A DNA stretch of 63,410 nt, the filler included. It is 13 parts of 13 records of this genome, joined end to end, with 100 filler letters (N's around TTAATTAATTAA, not from the genome) between each part and the next. Parts side by side here need not be neighbours in the genome. Positions count along the whole stretch, not along the records: positions 33,515 to 38,356 come from SRR15195285_12555; positions 38,457 to 45,960 come from SRR15195285_12564; 11 more parts are not named here. One strand, written 5' to 3'. Position 1 is the first letter of the stretch. Every line of letters begins with the position of its first letter. A model generated the notes under the pieces. The model was not told the DNA's origin. It saw only the letters and a program-made list of their open reading frames with translations, and ran no database searches. Position numbers and translations under genes: made by a program. Shown here piece after piece: positions 34,443 to 45,108 of this stretch.

Positions 34443-34728
34443 CATAACTCCGCCATTTCCCCTTGGCTTTCACATCAGCCATAACTCCATCTCTCTCCCA
34501 CCCCCTATCCAAACTCTTGACTTCTGACCACGCCCCAACCACGTCGATCACATATCGCTTGCGATCCCGTGGGTTGAACGCCGTGATGTCAGGTCGCCTG
34601 GTTTCCCTATCTTCGCCCTCTCCCTCGTCCCACCATCGATCCTCTACCTCCACATCCTCAAATCCGGCGCTGATCATCATGTCAGCTATCACACGCAAAA
34701 TCGCATCGTGACACAACCGCCTCAACCC
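34443..34728 (-). mobile_element. Restriction-like endonuclease (RLE) domain remnant of a non-LTR retrotransposon (CRE/R2/NeSL-type)
   Basis: HD..AG..E..RRPDI..YVIDVV..K..KW..Y spacing matches the RLE pattern RH(D/N)..E..PD..D..K..KY; no reverse transcriptase seen in the contig. Confidence 0.65.
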
Positions 34729-35188
34729 AGATCTAGCTAGTACGGTACACCATCGAGCATCGGTTCGTCATCCATCGCGTCAAATGGCACGTTCGGATCC
34801 AACGTTTCGAGCTGAGGTCATACAACTTCCACCTTTGCTCCGTAACACCGATATGCGCGCGCGCGCGCTCGCGCGGGCGGCCGGGGCGGGTAAGAATATA
34901 AGCAATACCTCGGTAAGTCTAAGTGATAGTGAATGTAAATCGGGTTCCGTCTCGTGCGTACGCGCGACTGGCTCGTACGACGAGGTGGTTCCGTCCGTCC
35001 GTCCGTCGCCACAGAAAGCGAGGAGCTCCCTGCAGCAGGTGGTCTCGCCTGGGTAACGGCGTCGCGTGAGGTGGGCAGGAGCTGCAGTGGCTCCGTGTGG
35101 GCGTCAAGAGGAGGTCGCGAGGGTCCGTCCCTGGCGATTGCATCCCTCGCCACTCAATACGTACGTGGCTTTTTGGCGTTGGAGGAAC

Positions 35189-38103
35189 ATGACGAGTGAA
35201 CAGCCGGCATCCGGAGGGCTCATGGATAAGCCAGCCCAGGTCGTGAAGTGGTGGCAAGGCATGACGTCTGTGTATGGCACCGAGGTCCTCACTCTCCTCG
35301 CCTCCGTCTACTTTCTCCAGGGGATGGGCGGCTTTGCGTCATACACGCAAAAGTTCTACCTGATCGATGACTGGAAGTCGACCTGCCCGTGCATGCTCAC
35401 CGAGGAAGGGTGCAACGAGGACACGCCAAGCGGCTACCCCGAGGATGACGCCGGCAACATCGCCTGCCATGCGGGTCTGCATCTACCCCCCGGGAGCCCT
35501 GGTGGAGATCAGCTGGGACAGACAGATGTGCGGGTGTTCGGCAATCTACCGTGGAATTACAAAATCTATTGTAGGTATCGGTGCTGCGCCTTTTTCATGC
35601 TCTCTGGCTGCCCAACCTCATCCCACCGAACTTGTTCTCACGCGTGCATGTCTCTGATATGTGCTTCATCTGCGTTAGACGGCATCCTGTCGGACTGTGT
35701 GCCGATCGGCGGTTCGCACCGCAGATCGTGGATCTGCATCGCGGGGTTCATTGGAATCCTCGGCTTTGTAGGCCTTGGTTTTGTCGGTGACGGCGGAGAT
35801 CCCGATACCGTTAAATACCTCATCTTTCTCACCAACCTATCCACCGCTTTTTGCGACGTGTGCACCGACGCCCTGATGGCGGCGTATGCCAAGCTCCAAT
35901 CCGACACTGGCTCTGGAGATCTCCAGTCGCTGTGCTGGATGTCCTATGCTATCGGCGGGATCCTTTCCAACTTCTTCGCAGCAGACGTGTATCACTTCTT
36001 TGCTCCGTACACGGGCCCGATGTTCTTCGTCTGGTGCGTGCCCAACCGTCTCTATCAAGATGGGCGTTGAAACTGAGGTCGTTGTTGTGGTGTGCAGTGC
36101 GGCAGTTCCGGCGTTCCGGATTTTCGTAGCGTGGCGGCTGAAAGAGGTCGGCGAGGCACGCAGGGTCTCGCTGAAGGAGCTCAAGGGCAACGCGAAGAAA
36201 GTTGTCGCGACGCTAGGCCACCCAACGATCAACCGGGCGATAGCTTTCATCTTTCTGGCCGGAGCTCTTGTCCCGAACCTCGACGACCAGAAGGATAACT
36301 TTCTGGTAACTGAGGACAATCACGGGTGGAAAGGCAAGTATACCAACGGTGCCCCCGCACTCGGCGATGATTTTGGCGCCCCAAATGGCACTATGGATTG
36401 CAGGTGGTTTGCAAAGAATGATCCTGGTTGTACCGGCGCCTGGCTAGACGCGCTGGTTGTGCCGGAAGCGGCGGACGCTGGGCCGGCTTCTCAGACGCCA
36501 GCGGTATCGCAGAACCTGGTGATCGCAAATGGTCAGCATTCACAGCTCGTACCGCACGGTTGGAGGCTCACGCGCCCACCGACAACTTGCCGTTTGAGTG
36601 CATCTGGCACGTTCCTAGAAGCTGTCGAGTCGTGCGTTGATGCAAATGGCGCTGACTGCGGTATCGAGCTCGGTGCGCGTCTCAGTGCCACGTTGCCGTC
36701 CTTCAAGAATTAGCATTGTGGTTCATACCCTGAGACATAAATCCATCGGTGTGACAGGGCTCGATGGCACGATGTTTGAATGCGGACTGTCAGGCTGCAC
36801 CTATTATCCCAAAGATGCGGCAGATGCATGTGCGGAAATCCAGGTGGCGGTCTCATTCAATGGGCTGTCCAGCCACGAACTGGCGAAAGCATGTCCAGCC
36901 ATTGCCGCAGTCTCAGATCCAGACGATCTGCGGCGGCGTTGTGGGATTGAACTACCTGGGGGCGGCCTGCTGCGCGTGCGCGATGTTTGCCCAGAGCAGT
37001 GTGCAAGCACGTTTATCGGCACGCCACCGGATGCCTGCTCTGTTCCTGGGGGCTACAGCACGAGTTGCGGCGTTGCAGTGCTCGCGCAAGCATGGGAGCA
37101 GTGCCCAGAGGCATGTCAAGAGTGCGACTACACCAAGCGAGGTTGTGTAGCGGGAGCCTTTGAAGATGTTCACGCGTTCATCGGCCAGATAAAGATCATT
37201 TCTAACGCAGGGCATTTGGTCGGTGTCGCGCTCTATGCCGCATATTTCAAGACCACGAAGTATCGCCATCTGATCATGGGAGTGTCTGTCGTGGTTGCCA
37301 TCATTCGCTTGACTGACTGGGCCCTTGTGGCATTGATCGAAGCCCCCCCGACCAGCGACTACACTGTGATGGGCATTCCAGCGCCATACTTTGCAGTGTT
37401 TGGAGAGGCCACCCAGGATGTGATTGATCGTGTTCTGCACATGCCGCTGCTCGTTTTGGCTGCTCAAATCTGCCCCGATAACATCGAGGGCACCCTATTT
37501 GCTTTCATTATGGGCATGAGCAACATGGGCAGCTCGTACGCGGGTGAGTTTGGGTCATGGCTCACTGGCTATCTCGGCGTGACAAACGCGGACTTCTCTG
37601 GGCTGCCAATCGCAATGTTCCTTCGCGCTGCGCACACAGTTCTGCCAATTTTGCTGTTGTGGATGATTCCGGACCAAAACCCGACCGAAGTCGTTTCTGA
37701 AATCAATGAGACGCTAGGTGGAGGAGAAGAAGACGAAAAAGTTAGTGACAAAACCCTAGCACGGGACGATACCATTGAAGAACCGCTGTGGGATTTCAGC
37801 GGTTGGCAAATGCTCATCCTCCTTATCCCACCGTTTGGCGTTTTCCAGATTGCCCAGCCGGTGAAGAATGCTCTCAACCTTTCGCAAGCTTACCTTGCGA
37901 TTCCTGTAGTATGCTTGATCACGGTACCTGCGTATCAGCACTTCATCAAAGAGAAGAAGGCCACCAGCAGTGCTCTATCAGAAGGTCTTGCTGCGTCTGC
38001 CACTGCCGACGACCAGATTATGCTGGGTGGGGCTGAAGGCGCTGCCAACGTGGAAGGGTCTGAGCCATCTAACCCGCCGCCTGAGGCGATAACGGCCCTA
38101 TAG
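35189..38103 (+). CDS. BT1/folate-biopterin family MFS transporter with Cys-rich insertions; multi-exon
   Basis: VYFLQG, LPWNYKIY|GILSDCVPIGGSHRRSW, AFCDVCTDALMA, GDLQSLCW, MPLLVLAAQICPDNIEGTLFAFIMGMSN; introns near 35571-35678, 36034-36098 and 36673-36757. Confidence 0.88.
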
Positions 38104-38456
38104 TGATGTAAAGACCGACATCCGATTCTTAGTCTTAGTACACCTAGAGAAGAGCCAATGCAACTATGTGTCTATTTGTTAGTAGCACATCATCGGCAAA
38201 ATAATGATGTACCTAGATCTAGCTGGTCTCCCCCACCCAGGTCTGCATCGCGAACGCATCCACGTGCAGACATTCCCCATCTCACGTATTGGCCGACCCC
38301 ATCGCTACGCGCTATTGTAGGATTCTAAGCGTGGGTGATGACAGTTCTCGCCCATANNNNNNNNNNNNNNNNNNNNNNNNNNNNNNNNNNNNNNNNNNNN
38401 TTAATTAATTAANNNNNNNNNNNNNNNNNNNNNNNNNNNNNNNNNNNNNNNNNNNN

Positions 38457-38744
38457 GAGGTGGCTGCAGATGTCGATCTACGAGCACTGGCGTCTTCCCT
38501 GGCTCGCCATACGTATTCTGGCGCGGACATCACCAACATCTGTCGTGATGCATCTATGATGGCCATGCGACGAGCCATTGAAGGCAAAACTCCTGCTGAG
38601 ATCAAATGTTTGTCCCAGGATCAGATGGAGATGCCGGTGACACAACGTGACTTTGAAGCTGCAGTTTCGAAAGTGCAAAGCTCGGTGTCGGAGGCAGATA
38701 TTGCCAAGCACATGACATGGAAGGATGAGTTTGGGGCATCGTGA
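38457..38744 (+). CDS. KATNA1: Katanin p60-like AAA ATPase, C-terminal fragment
   Basis: YSGADITNICRDASMMAMRR..MPVTQRDFEAAVSKVQSSVSEADI.KH..W.DEFGAS (Vps4_C-type end). Confidence 0.85.
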   Translation, partial: EVAADVDLRALASSLARHTYSGADITNICRDASMMAMRRAIEGKTPAEIKCLSQDQMEMPVTQRDFEAAVSKVQSSVSEADIAKHMTWKDEFGAS

Positions 38745-38976
38745 CGGACAATGAATGTATATTTCAGTCACCTAGGTCATATGATTTCAGTCACCTAGGC
38801 CATTGCCATGAAAATACGACCTTGCTACGGTATCAGAGGCAGATTGCCAAGAAAATGGAGAAATCGCGATGGGGCATCGTGACGGCCAATGAGCTCGCGG
38901 TGATTACTCCTTGCCATGCATTGTGTTTCTCAGTTACGTAAGGTGAGGTCGTGAAAATGCGCCCTCGCGTATTGCG

Positions 38977-41900
38977 CTAAGCGCTCTGCAGTGAGCCTCC
39001 CTGCGACTGCGGAAGCTGCACAACGCCCCTTACGGCGCCCGTCTCCTCCGACTGCATCGCAGCGAAGCTGTTGAATATCTGTTCCAAGCTGGTCTGGCAA
39101 ACCCCGTATTCTTGCATAGCTATGTTCTCCTTGGCAGCCTCCAGGATTCGGAACACAGCCGACAAGGGCGTCTCAGATGAGAGCCGGTAGCGCATATTGA
39201 CATCGTGGCGCTCAAGCAGTACGCTGCCAGGAAACTTTTCGTCGATGAACGAAATCGCTTTTTCGGCCGTATCGGCGATAAGCCACCATTCCATGAAGAT
39301 ATGTGCGGGGCACCCGTTAGGATTCTGTTGGAGGGCATGGTAGACTACATGACCGTGACCATCCTCACGGACCTCCGAGAATCGCGCAACGTCTCCCAGC
39401 GCATCGCATACTGCTTCCACTTGTGGAGCAGGAATATGAAGGCCTGTGGTGGCAGTTTTGAAATGTTTCGTGTGAACTGCTTCGATCTCCTGCGAGGTAG
39501 GTCCCCGTAGCTTGAACTCAAGCTGATAGCCCTGGCCAAAGCGGCCTTTCAAATGCTGCCCTGAACCCAGGCACCGCAGTCGGCCGCCGACCATGATGCC
39601 GATCCGGCCACAAAGTGCCTCTGCTTCCTCCATGACATGCGTCGTCAGAACCACGCTGCACGACTTCTGCATCGTACTCAAATTCGAGATCACTGACCAC
39701 ATAAAGCGCCGAGCTGCTGGGTCGACGCCCGTTGAAGGCTCGTCAAGGAAAATAAGCGGGGGGGATCCAATCAAGGCAATGCCGACCGAGAGCTTTCGTT
39801 TGTTACCTCCTGATAGAGTGTGAGAGAGCTTGTGTTCGTGCACGCTTAGACTCAACATCTCCATGAGCTGCTGGACCATCTGCGGCAGCCGGTCACTAGA
39901 GACTCCTTTAAGCCTTCCGAAGAACATTAGATGTTCCCGTACTGTAAGCAAGTCGAGAAGCGCATCGTGCTGGGGACAATATCCAATGAGCCGGCGGACG
40001 GCTTTCTGCTCAGTGAGTATGTGTTTGCCCCCAAGCCACGCATCGCCGGAGCTAGGCAGAACCGCACCAGTGAGCATGTTCAACGTGCTGGTCTTTCCGG
40101 CGCCATTAATTCCGAGGAACCCGAAGCACTCCCCTCTTGGCATTCCGAACGAAAGATTGCGAACGGCAACTTTCGGGCCCCGAGAAGACGGGTAGACCTT
40201 GCGCAAACGACGCAGGCGTACGACATCGTCAGTAGCTGTGCCCAGTCGACGCTCCTCGGCAATTACGTCCACATCGCCAACGAAGTTGTCATCGACGACC
40301 GTCGGGTCCGAAGCCAATTTTGTTGCAATGGCCGGATACTGCTGGATCGAGTCGATTATTATCACGATGAGAAAGTAGCATGGTGCTGAAACGTACAGAT
40401 ATAAAATGTCTTTGCCGCAAATGTCCCAGTCATACAGGTCAATGTGCACGGTCATGCCGCTGTGGCCCACCAGCGTCTCGATGAGTGAGTTTGTCGCTAC
40501 TTGAAAGAGCCCGTTGCCGAGGCAAAAGCCAGGGAACAGGCGGTAAAACCAGATGAGCGTCTTGTTGGTGGCCTGCGTGCTCTCGATAAGTCCCATCACG
40601 AACGAGGCTATCATCAGAATGAGACCCGAGAGCAGATTGAGCAACAAGCACCAGATTTGTGCCTGGGTGTGCGACTTCCACAGGAACGAGAGCATGTACG
40701 TGAACGGCATGATGGCGAGACCGTAGCCGACAAAAAGCAACACAACTACTGTAAAGGCCTGTGCTGTCCCGGTGAAAGCTCCGATATTGAAAAGGTGAAC
40801 CGCAAGGAGCGATAAACCACACGGCAGCGCGTAAGTCAAGACATCCCACGTATAGTTGGCCAACCAGAACGCTGGAATTGACGCGCCGCTGATCATTTGC
40901 TGGTGCTTGCTGTTGTGCGACGCCTCTCTTTCCTTCACTATGAAAGCAACAACCGATGCTGGAATGAAAGCGAACGCAATCATGATAAAGAACGTGCTCG
41001 CTAGAGCTAAAGCATTCGTGATTACTGCCTCAAAAAAGCGAGAGACGGGGAATGGGTGAGAAACAGTAGTGATCGATGAGTCAGTTCCAGATGCCGCCTT
41101 CTTCAGCGCATCATTCCCCAAGTTCACGTACACAGGTACTGCATGGCGAGCTGTCGTATTGATCAGAATGGAACTGGTAATCCCCGAATACTCGGTTGGC
41201 TTCGGAATGAGAACGGCGCCGTACGTCACGTGACCAGGTGTGCTTGATAGTCCGTCGCGATACAGCTTCACAGCCATGGACAGCAGAGCTGCCGGATCGA
41301 TTGCTTCGCTGTCATTTGGCACACAGGATGTATCCGGGCTTTTCGGCGGGCACTCATTGCACATTGACTTACACATGTCGCCGATTGTTGCGTTTCCAGT
41401 AATCTGTGTACAGAGCTGGTCCGGTGCCGGAGTCGAGGTGCAAGCCTGCGTGCAGGTCTGCTGGCATAGCTGCTGGTTGCCTTGTGCTCCAGCCGCATTC
41501 ATGCATGCTCGCACACAACCCGCGGCGTCGTTTGCACAGGCCTTGTCGATGTCTGTCTTGCACGACTTCGCAGTTGATTCACACGTGATACCGAATCCAG
41601 TTTGACTGGAAATTTGCATCCCAGCACTGATAATTGGACAGGTTTCCGAGTCCAGTTTTGGGCATTGGATGGAACATGGCACACCTTTGATGTACTGTAC
41701 TCCGAAAATGGTGCCCGTGACAGACACAGCGTCTGCCTGCTGCGGAAGTCGGTCGACCTGCGTGTCCGATCCTAATCGCTGAACTGCTCGCTTGGTAAGG
41801 TCGCTAGACTCCCAGGAAGCGTTAAATGGCACGGGCACCGGTGTCTCTTCCAGCTGCCTCGTTGACATAATAAGCGGCGGTTGAACTGGTGATCCGGCCC

Positions 41901-44900
41901 ATTTCAGTAGCGCGAGACCTCCTATTAGTAGCAGCACTGGCAGCAGCGTTACGCATGCGAGGTTCTTGTAGTCTCGACGGCCATACTGCATTCGCTTGGT
42001 GACTAGAGCGGCATAGTGCCGCACAATAACCGTGCTCTCTTGCATATCGGCGATAGACTCGCCGAGGTTTGTAATGGCTGGCATGTCCGGTTCGTCTTCG
42101 TCGTCCAGGTCCTCATTAGACGCTATCTTCAAGAAGATTTCTTCCAGAGTGGCCTGGCTCAGGCCATAATGTTGCACCTGCAGTTCAGCCTTCCCGGCAT
42201 CTAGATGCTCAAACAGCTGCGAAAACTGCCCAGCTGAGTCTTTCGGAAGCTGGATCGACACCTCTGCTCCGACGTCTGTCAGCATTCGCGCGTCAGGTAC
42301 CGACATGTGGACTGTCTGAAGTATCTCAGTCCCTGGGACTGTGGCACCGATATCCCGGGAGAGGGTCAAGTGGTAACCACCACCAAAGCGGTTCTTCAAA
42401 AACAACGAGGACCCGTCCACCCTGAGCTTCCCTTCCGCTAGGATGGCAATGCGGTCACCGAGCATGTCCGCCTCGTCCATAAAATGTGTCGTAAGAATCA
42501 TCGTGCGGCCTTGTCGGCAGTCTTGCAAGATGTTCCAGGTACTCCTGCGTGAGTACGGGTCCATTCCTGACGTCGGTTCGTCCAGAATCACGGTGCTGAC
42601 GTTTCCAATCAGCGCGAGGCAGAGACTAAGCTTTCGTTTCTGCCCACCGCTGAGCTCACCAGCAGGCGTGTGGACTTTCTCAGTGAGACCGACGTCTTGC
42701 AGGAGCTGCACGATGGCCGGTGGAATTTCAGCTGCGGGAATGCCACGAAGCTCGCCGAAGATTACCAGGTGCTCCTCCACTGTGAGCGGCAACCAGAGTA
42801 CGTCGTGCTGCGGGCACACGCCAATGGACTGCCGGATCTGATTCATGTCTTTGAGGATGTCCTTGCCGTACACTGTCGCGGTGCCTGATGTGGGTCCTGT
42901 CATACCAGTCAGCATATGCAAGGTGGTGGTTTTTCCAGCACCGTTGTGTCCAAGAAGCGCGAAGATCTCGCCCTCATACATCGTCAAGGTTAAGGAGTCC
43001 ACCGCTGTTTTCGGCCCTGCAGGGGTGTTGAACACTTTCCGCAGCTTGTCGCATTTGACGCAGCGTCCAGCCTGCTCAGCTTGCATTTGTGAGGTGCTAG
43101 GAGGCTCGATCAGGCGACTAAACTTGTCACTGTTCTCGGCTTCTCCCGAGTCGTTTCCACTGAAGTCATCGGCTCCATCAAGGGTGCTGCTTCGCCAATA
43201 GCTGCCGAGGCAACAAAACCAGGGTGGTTGGCGCACTCCGTATTCAGACGGCAGCACGTTGTCCAAATACCAGCCCAAAAATGTGAACGTAACTGTATCG
43301 AGCACCATCATGCCCAGCACCATGATCATCGAGATGTTGTCAACCTCCAGGTGGATCGTGCTCCAGGTTACCCCGATTTGACTGCTCTCGAACTCGGCCA
43401 GCAATTGAACGCCAGAGCAGAAAGCGCAATTCGGAAGTAACATAAGCGACAGCATGATACTTCGAGTGGGCTGCAGATTAGATGTGATGCCAGTGAAGAG
43501 CACCCACTGCGAGAAGGAAGCCAACATTCCCACGATCCCTCCTGTCCGGGCCTTGTCGAAGAACGCCTGAACGAAGAAGCCAAAAGCAACAAAGCTCATG
43601 CACCACGTCCAGAAGAAGACGAACAGCACGCTCATGGACGTGTATGCGAAAACTTTGAGGCTCGCCATGATCGTGAAGATTCCAACCAGTACTGCGAAAA
43701 TGACAGCGTACGTGATGTACCAGGAGCCAATTAGGGCTGCGTTGGATGTCCCGAGCATTCGCAGAGACTCCCGCACTTTGCTCTCCTTCTCTTCGATCAT
43801 CTCGTTGATCACCTTCTTTTGCGTGTACAAAAACGTCAAGATGAAGTACATCGGCACGATGTCCTTAATCAAGGTGTAGAAACGGTCTTCATTGAAACCG
43901 CTGATAGGGAAAGGCGACACCTCCAATCGGTTGGGCACATACCTCAGTGGCTCTGCCAGCATCTCGGCCTCAACGAATGCTTTTGGGTTCTTGAGAGGCT
44001 CCTGTGCCCAGTCATACTTATAGTGCTTCAGGAGGTCCTCCGTCTTGAGGGTGTCATTACGCACGCCGATGATGTACCTGTCGAGCATGAGCTGAGTTGC
44101 GACGAAACCGCTGTTCATGTAGGTGTTCGCATTGCCCATGTCCAGATAGCGTTGCAGCCGCCGCACTTTGCCTTCCGACGTAGGAGGCACGTCACCGTTC
44201 GTGAAATTCATGCGAATGGCGTAGTTCCAGTCTCCGGGTTCCCCCTTCGACCCGTTCCCGGGAATGCTGTGAAAATGTATTCCGAGAGCGACCGGCGGGC
44301 TGTCCGCATCGATGCCGTATCCGCTGCTGTCCAGGTACCCCTCCAGCTCATCCGCCAAGTACACCTTCTCGAGCGTGATGTCGCCGAATCCATGCCAGTG
44401 CTCTTGCTGTGCGCAGGGGTGTTCGGGATCGCCGCTCTGCTGCCGGCATGGTCCGTTGCCACCCGGGTACCAGTTGGTATGAATCCAGCTGCGCATGGCT
44501 TCGACTTTTGGAATGTCGCTCGACTGGTCCACGGACAGCGCTATCCGCTGCTGGTTCTGTGTCGCGCCCATCAGCACGTCGTAAAAGTTCGCGACTCCCT
44601 GGCCGCCGTGGTGGTGGTGGTGGTGACCAAACGGACCCGCAGCGCCGCCGTCGCCGTCACCGACGCTGGGAGTGCCGGGAAAATCCCCGCTGTCGTCCGA
44701 TGTTTGCGAGTACGTGAAGTCGTTGCTCCATGGGGCACAGGAGACGGTGGTGCCGTCTGGCATGTGTTTGGTGGGATCGCACGTGGTCGAGCGCGAGCCC
44801 GGTGGCACGTCGCCGCCCCAGCCCTCTAGTGTAATGGCGACGCACTGCCCAGAGTCCACGCATTTGTACCTCGCCCACCACAGGAACACCACCAGCCCGA

Positions 44901-45108
44901 TGGGGAGCAGCACCTCGCAGAACAGGGCGAACGGGATGAGCGGCGGCAAACCGCAGCAGCCGCACGACAGTTGCCCCCACTCCCGCTGCTTGAGCAGCCT
45001 GTTCTTGCGCAGCAGCGCCCTGACATTGGACGACGCCGACGCCGACGTGGCCTCCGACTTGCCCTTCTCAGCAGCCACCGGCGCCAGCGGCAGAAGCGGC
45101 TCCTGCAT
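38977..45108 (-). CDS. ABCA: ABC transporter, ABCA subfamily, full-length; start uncertain
   Basis: Two TMD+NBD halves: LLGHNGAGKTT/LSGGQKRKL/ILDEPTSG/LTTHFMDEAD and LGINGAGKTS/LSGGNKRKL/FLDEPSTG/LTTHVMEEAE; EKES and TSLEQIF motifs; large extracellular domains. Confidence 0.97.
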   Translation of the reverse strand: MQEPLLPLAPVAAEKGKSEATSASASSNVRALLRKNRLLKQREWGQLSCGCCGLPPLIPFALFCEVLLPIGLVVFLWWARYKCVDSGQCVAITLEGWGGDVPPGSRSTTCDPTKHMPDGTTVSCAPWSNDFTYSQTSDDSGDFPGTPSVGDGDGGAAGPFGHHHHHHGGQGVANFYDVLMGATQNQQRIALSVDQSSDIPKVEAMRSWIHTNWYPGGNGPCRQQSGDPEHPCAQQEHWHGFGDITLEKVYLADELEGYLDSSGYGIDADSPPVALGIHFHSIPGNGSKGEPGDWNYAIRMNFTNGDVPPTSEGKVRRLQRYLDMGNANTYMNSGFVATQLMLDRYIIGVRNDTLKTEDLLKHYKYDWAQEPLKNPKAFVEAEMLAEPLRYVPNRLEVSPFPISGFNEDRFYTLIKDIVPMYFILTFLYTQKKVINEMIEEKESKVRESLRMLGTSNAALIGSWYITYAVIFAVLVGIFTIMASLKVFAYTSMSVLFVFFWTWCMSFVAFGFFVQAFFDKARTGGIVGMLASFSQWVLFTGITSNLQPTRSIMLSLMLLPNCAFCSGVQLLAEFESSQIGVTWSTIHLEVDNISMIMVLGMMVLDTVTFTFLGWYLDNVLPSEYGVRQPPWFCCLGSYWRSSTLDGADDFSGNDSGEAENSDKFSRLIEPPSTSQMQAEQAGRCVKCDKLRKVFNTPAGPKTAVDSLTLTMYEGEIFALLGHNGAGKTTTLHMLTGMTGPTSGTATVYGKDILKDMNQIRQSIGVCPQHDVLWLPLTVEEHLVIFGELRGIPAAEIPPAIVQLLQDVGLTEKVHTPAGELSGGQKRKLSLCLALIGNVSTVILDEPTSGMDPYSRRSTWNILQDCRQGRTMILTTHFMDEADMLGDRIAILAEGKLRVDGSSLFLKNRFGGGYHLTLSRDIGATVPGTEILQTVHMSVPDARMLTDVGAEVSIQLPKDSAGQFSQLFEHLDAGKAELQVQHYGLSQATLEEIFLKIASNEDLDDEDEPDMPAITNLGESIADMQESTVIVRHYAALVTKRMQYGRRDYKNLACVTLLPVLLLIGGLALLKWAGSPVQPPLIMSTRQLEETPVPVPFNASWESSDLTKRAVQRLGSDTQVDRLPQQADAVSVTGTIFGVQYIKGVPCSIQCPKLDSETCPIISAGMQISSQTGFGITCESTAKSCKTDIDKACANDAAGCVRACMNAAGAQGNQQLCQQTCTQACTSTPAPDQLCTQITGNATIGDMCKSMCNECPPKSPDTSCVPNDSEAIDPAALLSMAVKLYRDGLSSTPGHVTYGAVLIPKPTEYSGITSSILINTTARHAVPVYVNLGNDALKKAASGTDSSITTVSHPFPVSRFFEAVITNALALASTFFIMIAFAFIPASVVAFIVKEREASHNSKHQQMISGASIPAFWLANYTWDVLTYALPCGLSLLAVHLFNIGAFTGTAQAFTVVVLLFVGYGLAIMPFTYMLSFLWKSHTQAQIWCLLLNLLSGLILMIASFVMGLIESTQATNKTLIWFYRLFPGFCLGNGLFQVATNSLIETLVGHSGMTVHIDLYDWDICGKDILYLYVSAPCYFLIVIIIDSIQQYPAIATKLASDPTVVDDNFVGDVDVIAEERRLGTATDDVVRLRRLRKVYPSSRGPKVAVRNLSFGMPRGECFGFLGINGAGKTSTLNMLTGAVLPSSGDAWLGGKHILTEQKAVRRLIGYCPQHDALLDLLTVREHLMFFGRLKGVSSDRLPQMVQQLMEMLSLSVHEHKLSHTLSGGNKRKLSVGIALIGSPPLIFLDEPSTGVDPAARRFMWSVISNLSTMQKSCSVVLTTHVMEEAEALCGRIGIMVGGRLRCLGSGQHLKGRFGQGYQLEFKLRGPTSQEIEAVHTKHFKTATTGLHIPAPQVEAVCDALGDVARFSEVREDGHGHVVYHALQQNPNGCPAHIFMEWWLIADTAEKAISFIDEKFPGSVLLERHDVNMRYRLSSETPLSAVFRILEAAKENIAMQEYGVCQTSLEQIFNSFAAMQSEETGAVRGVVQLPQSQGGSLQSA

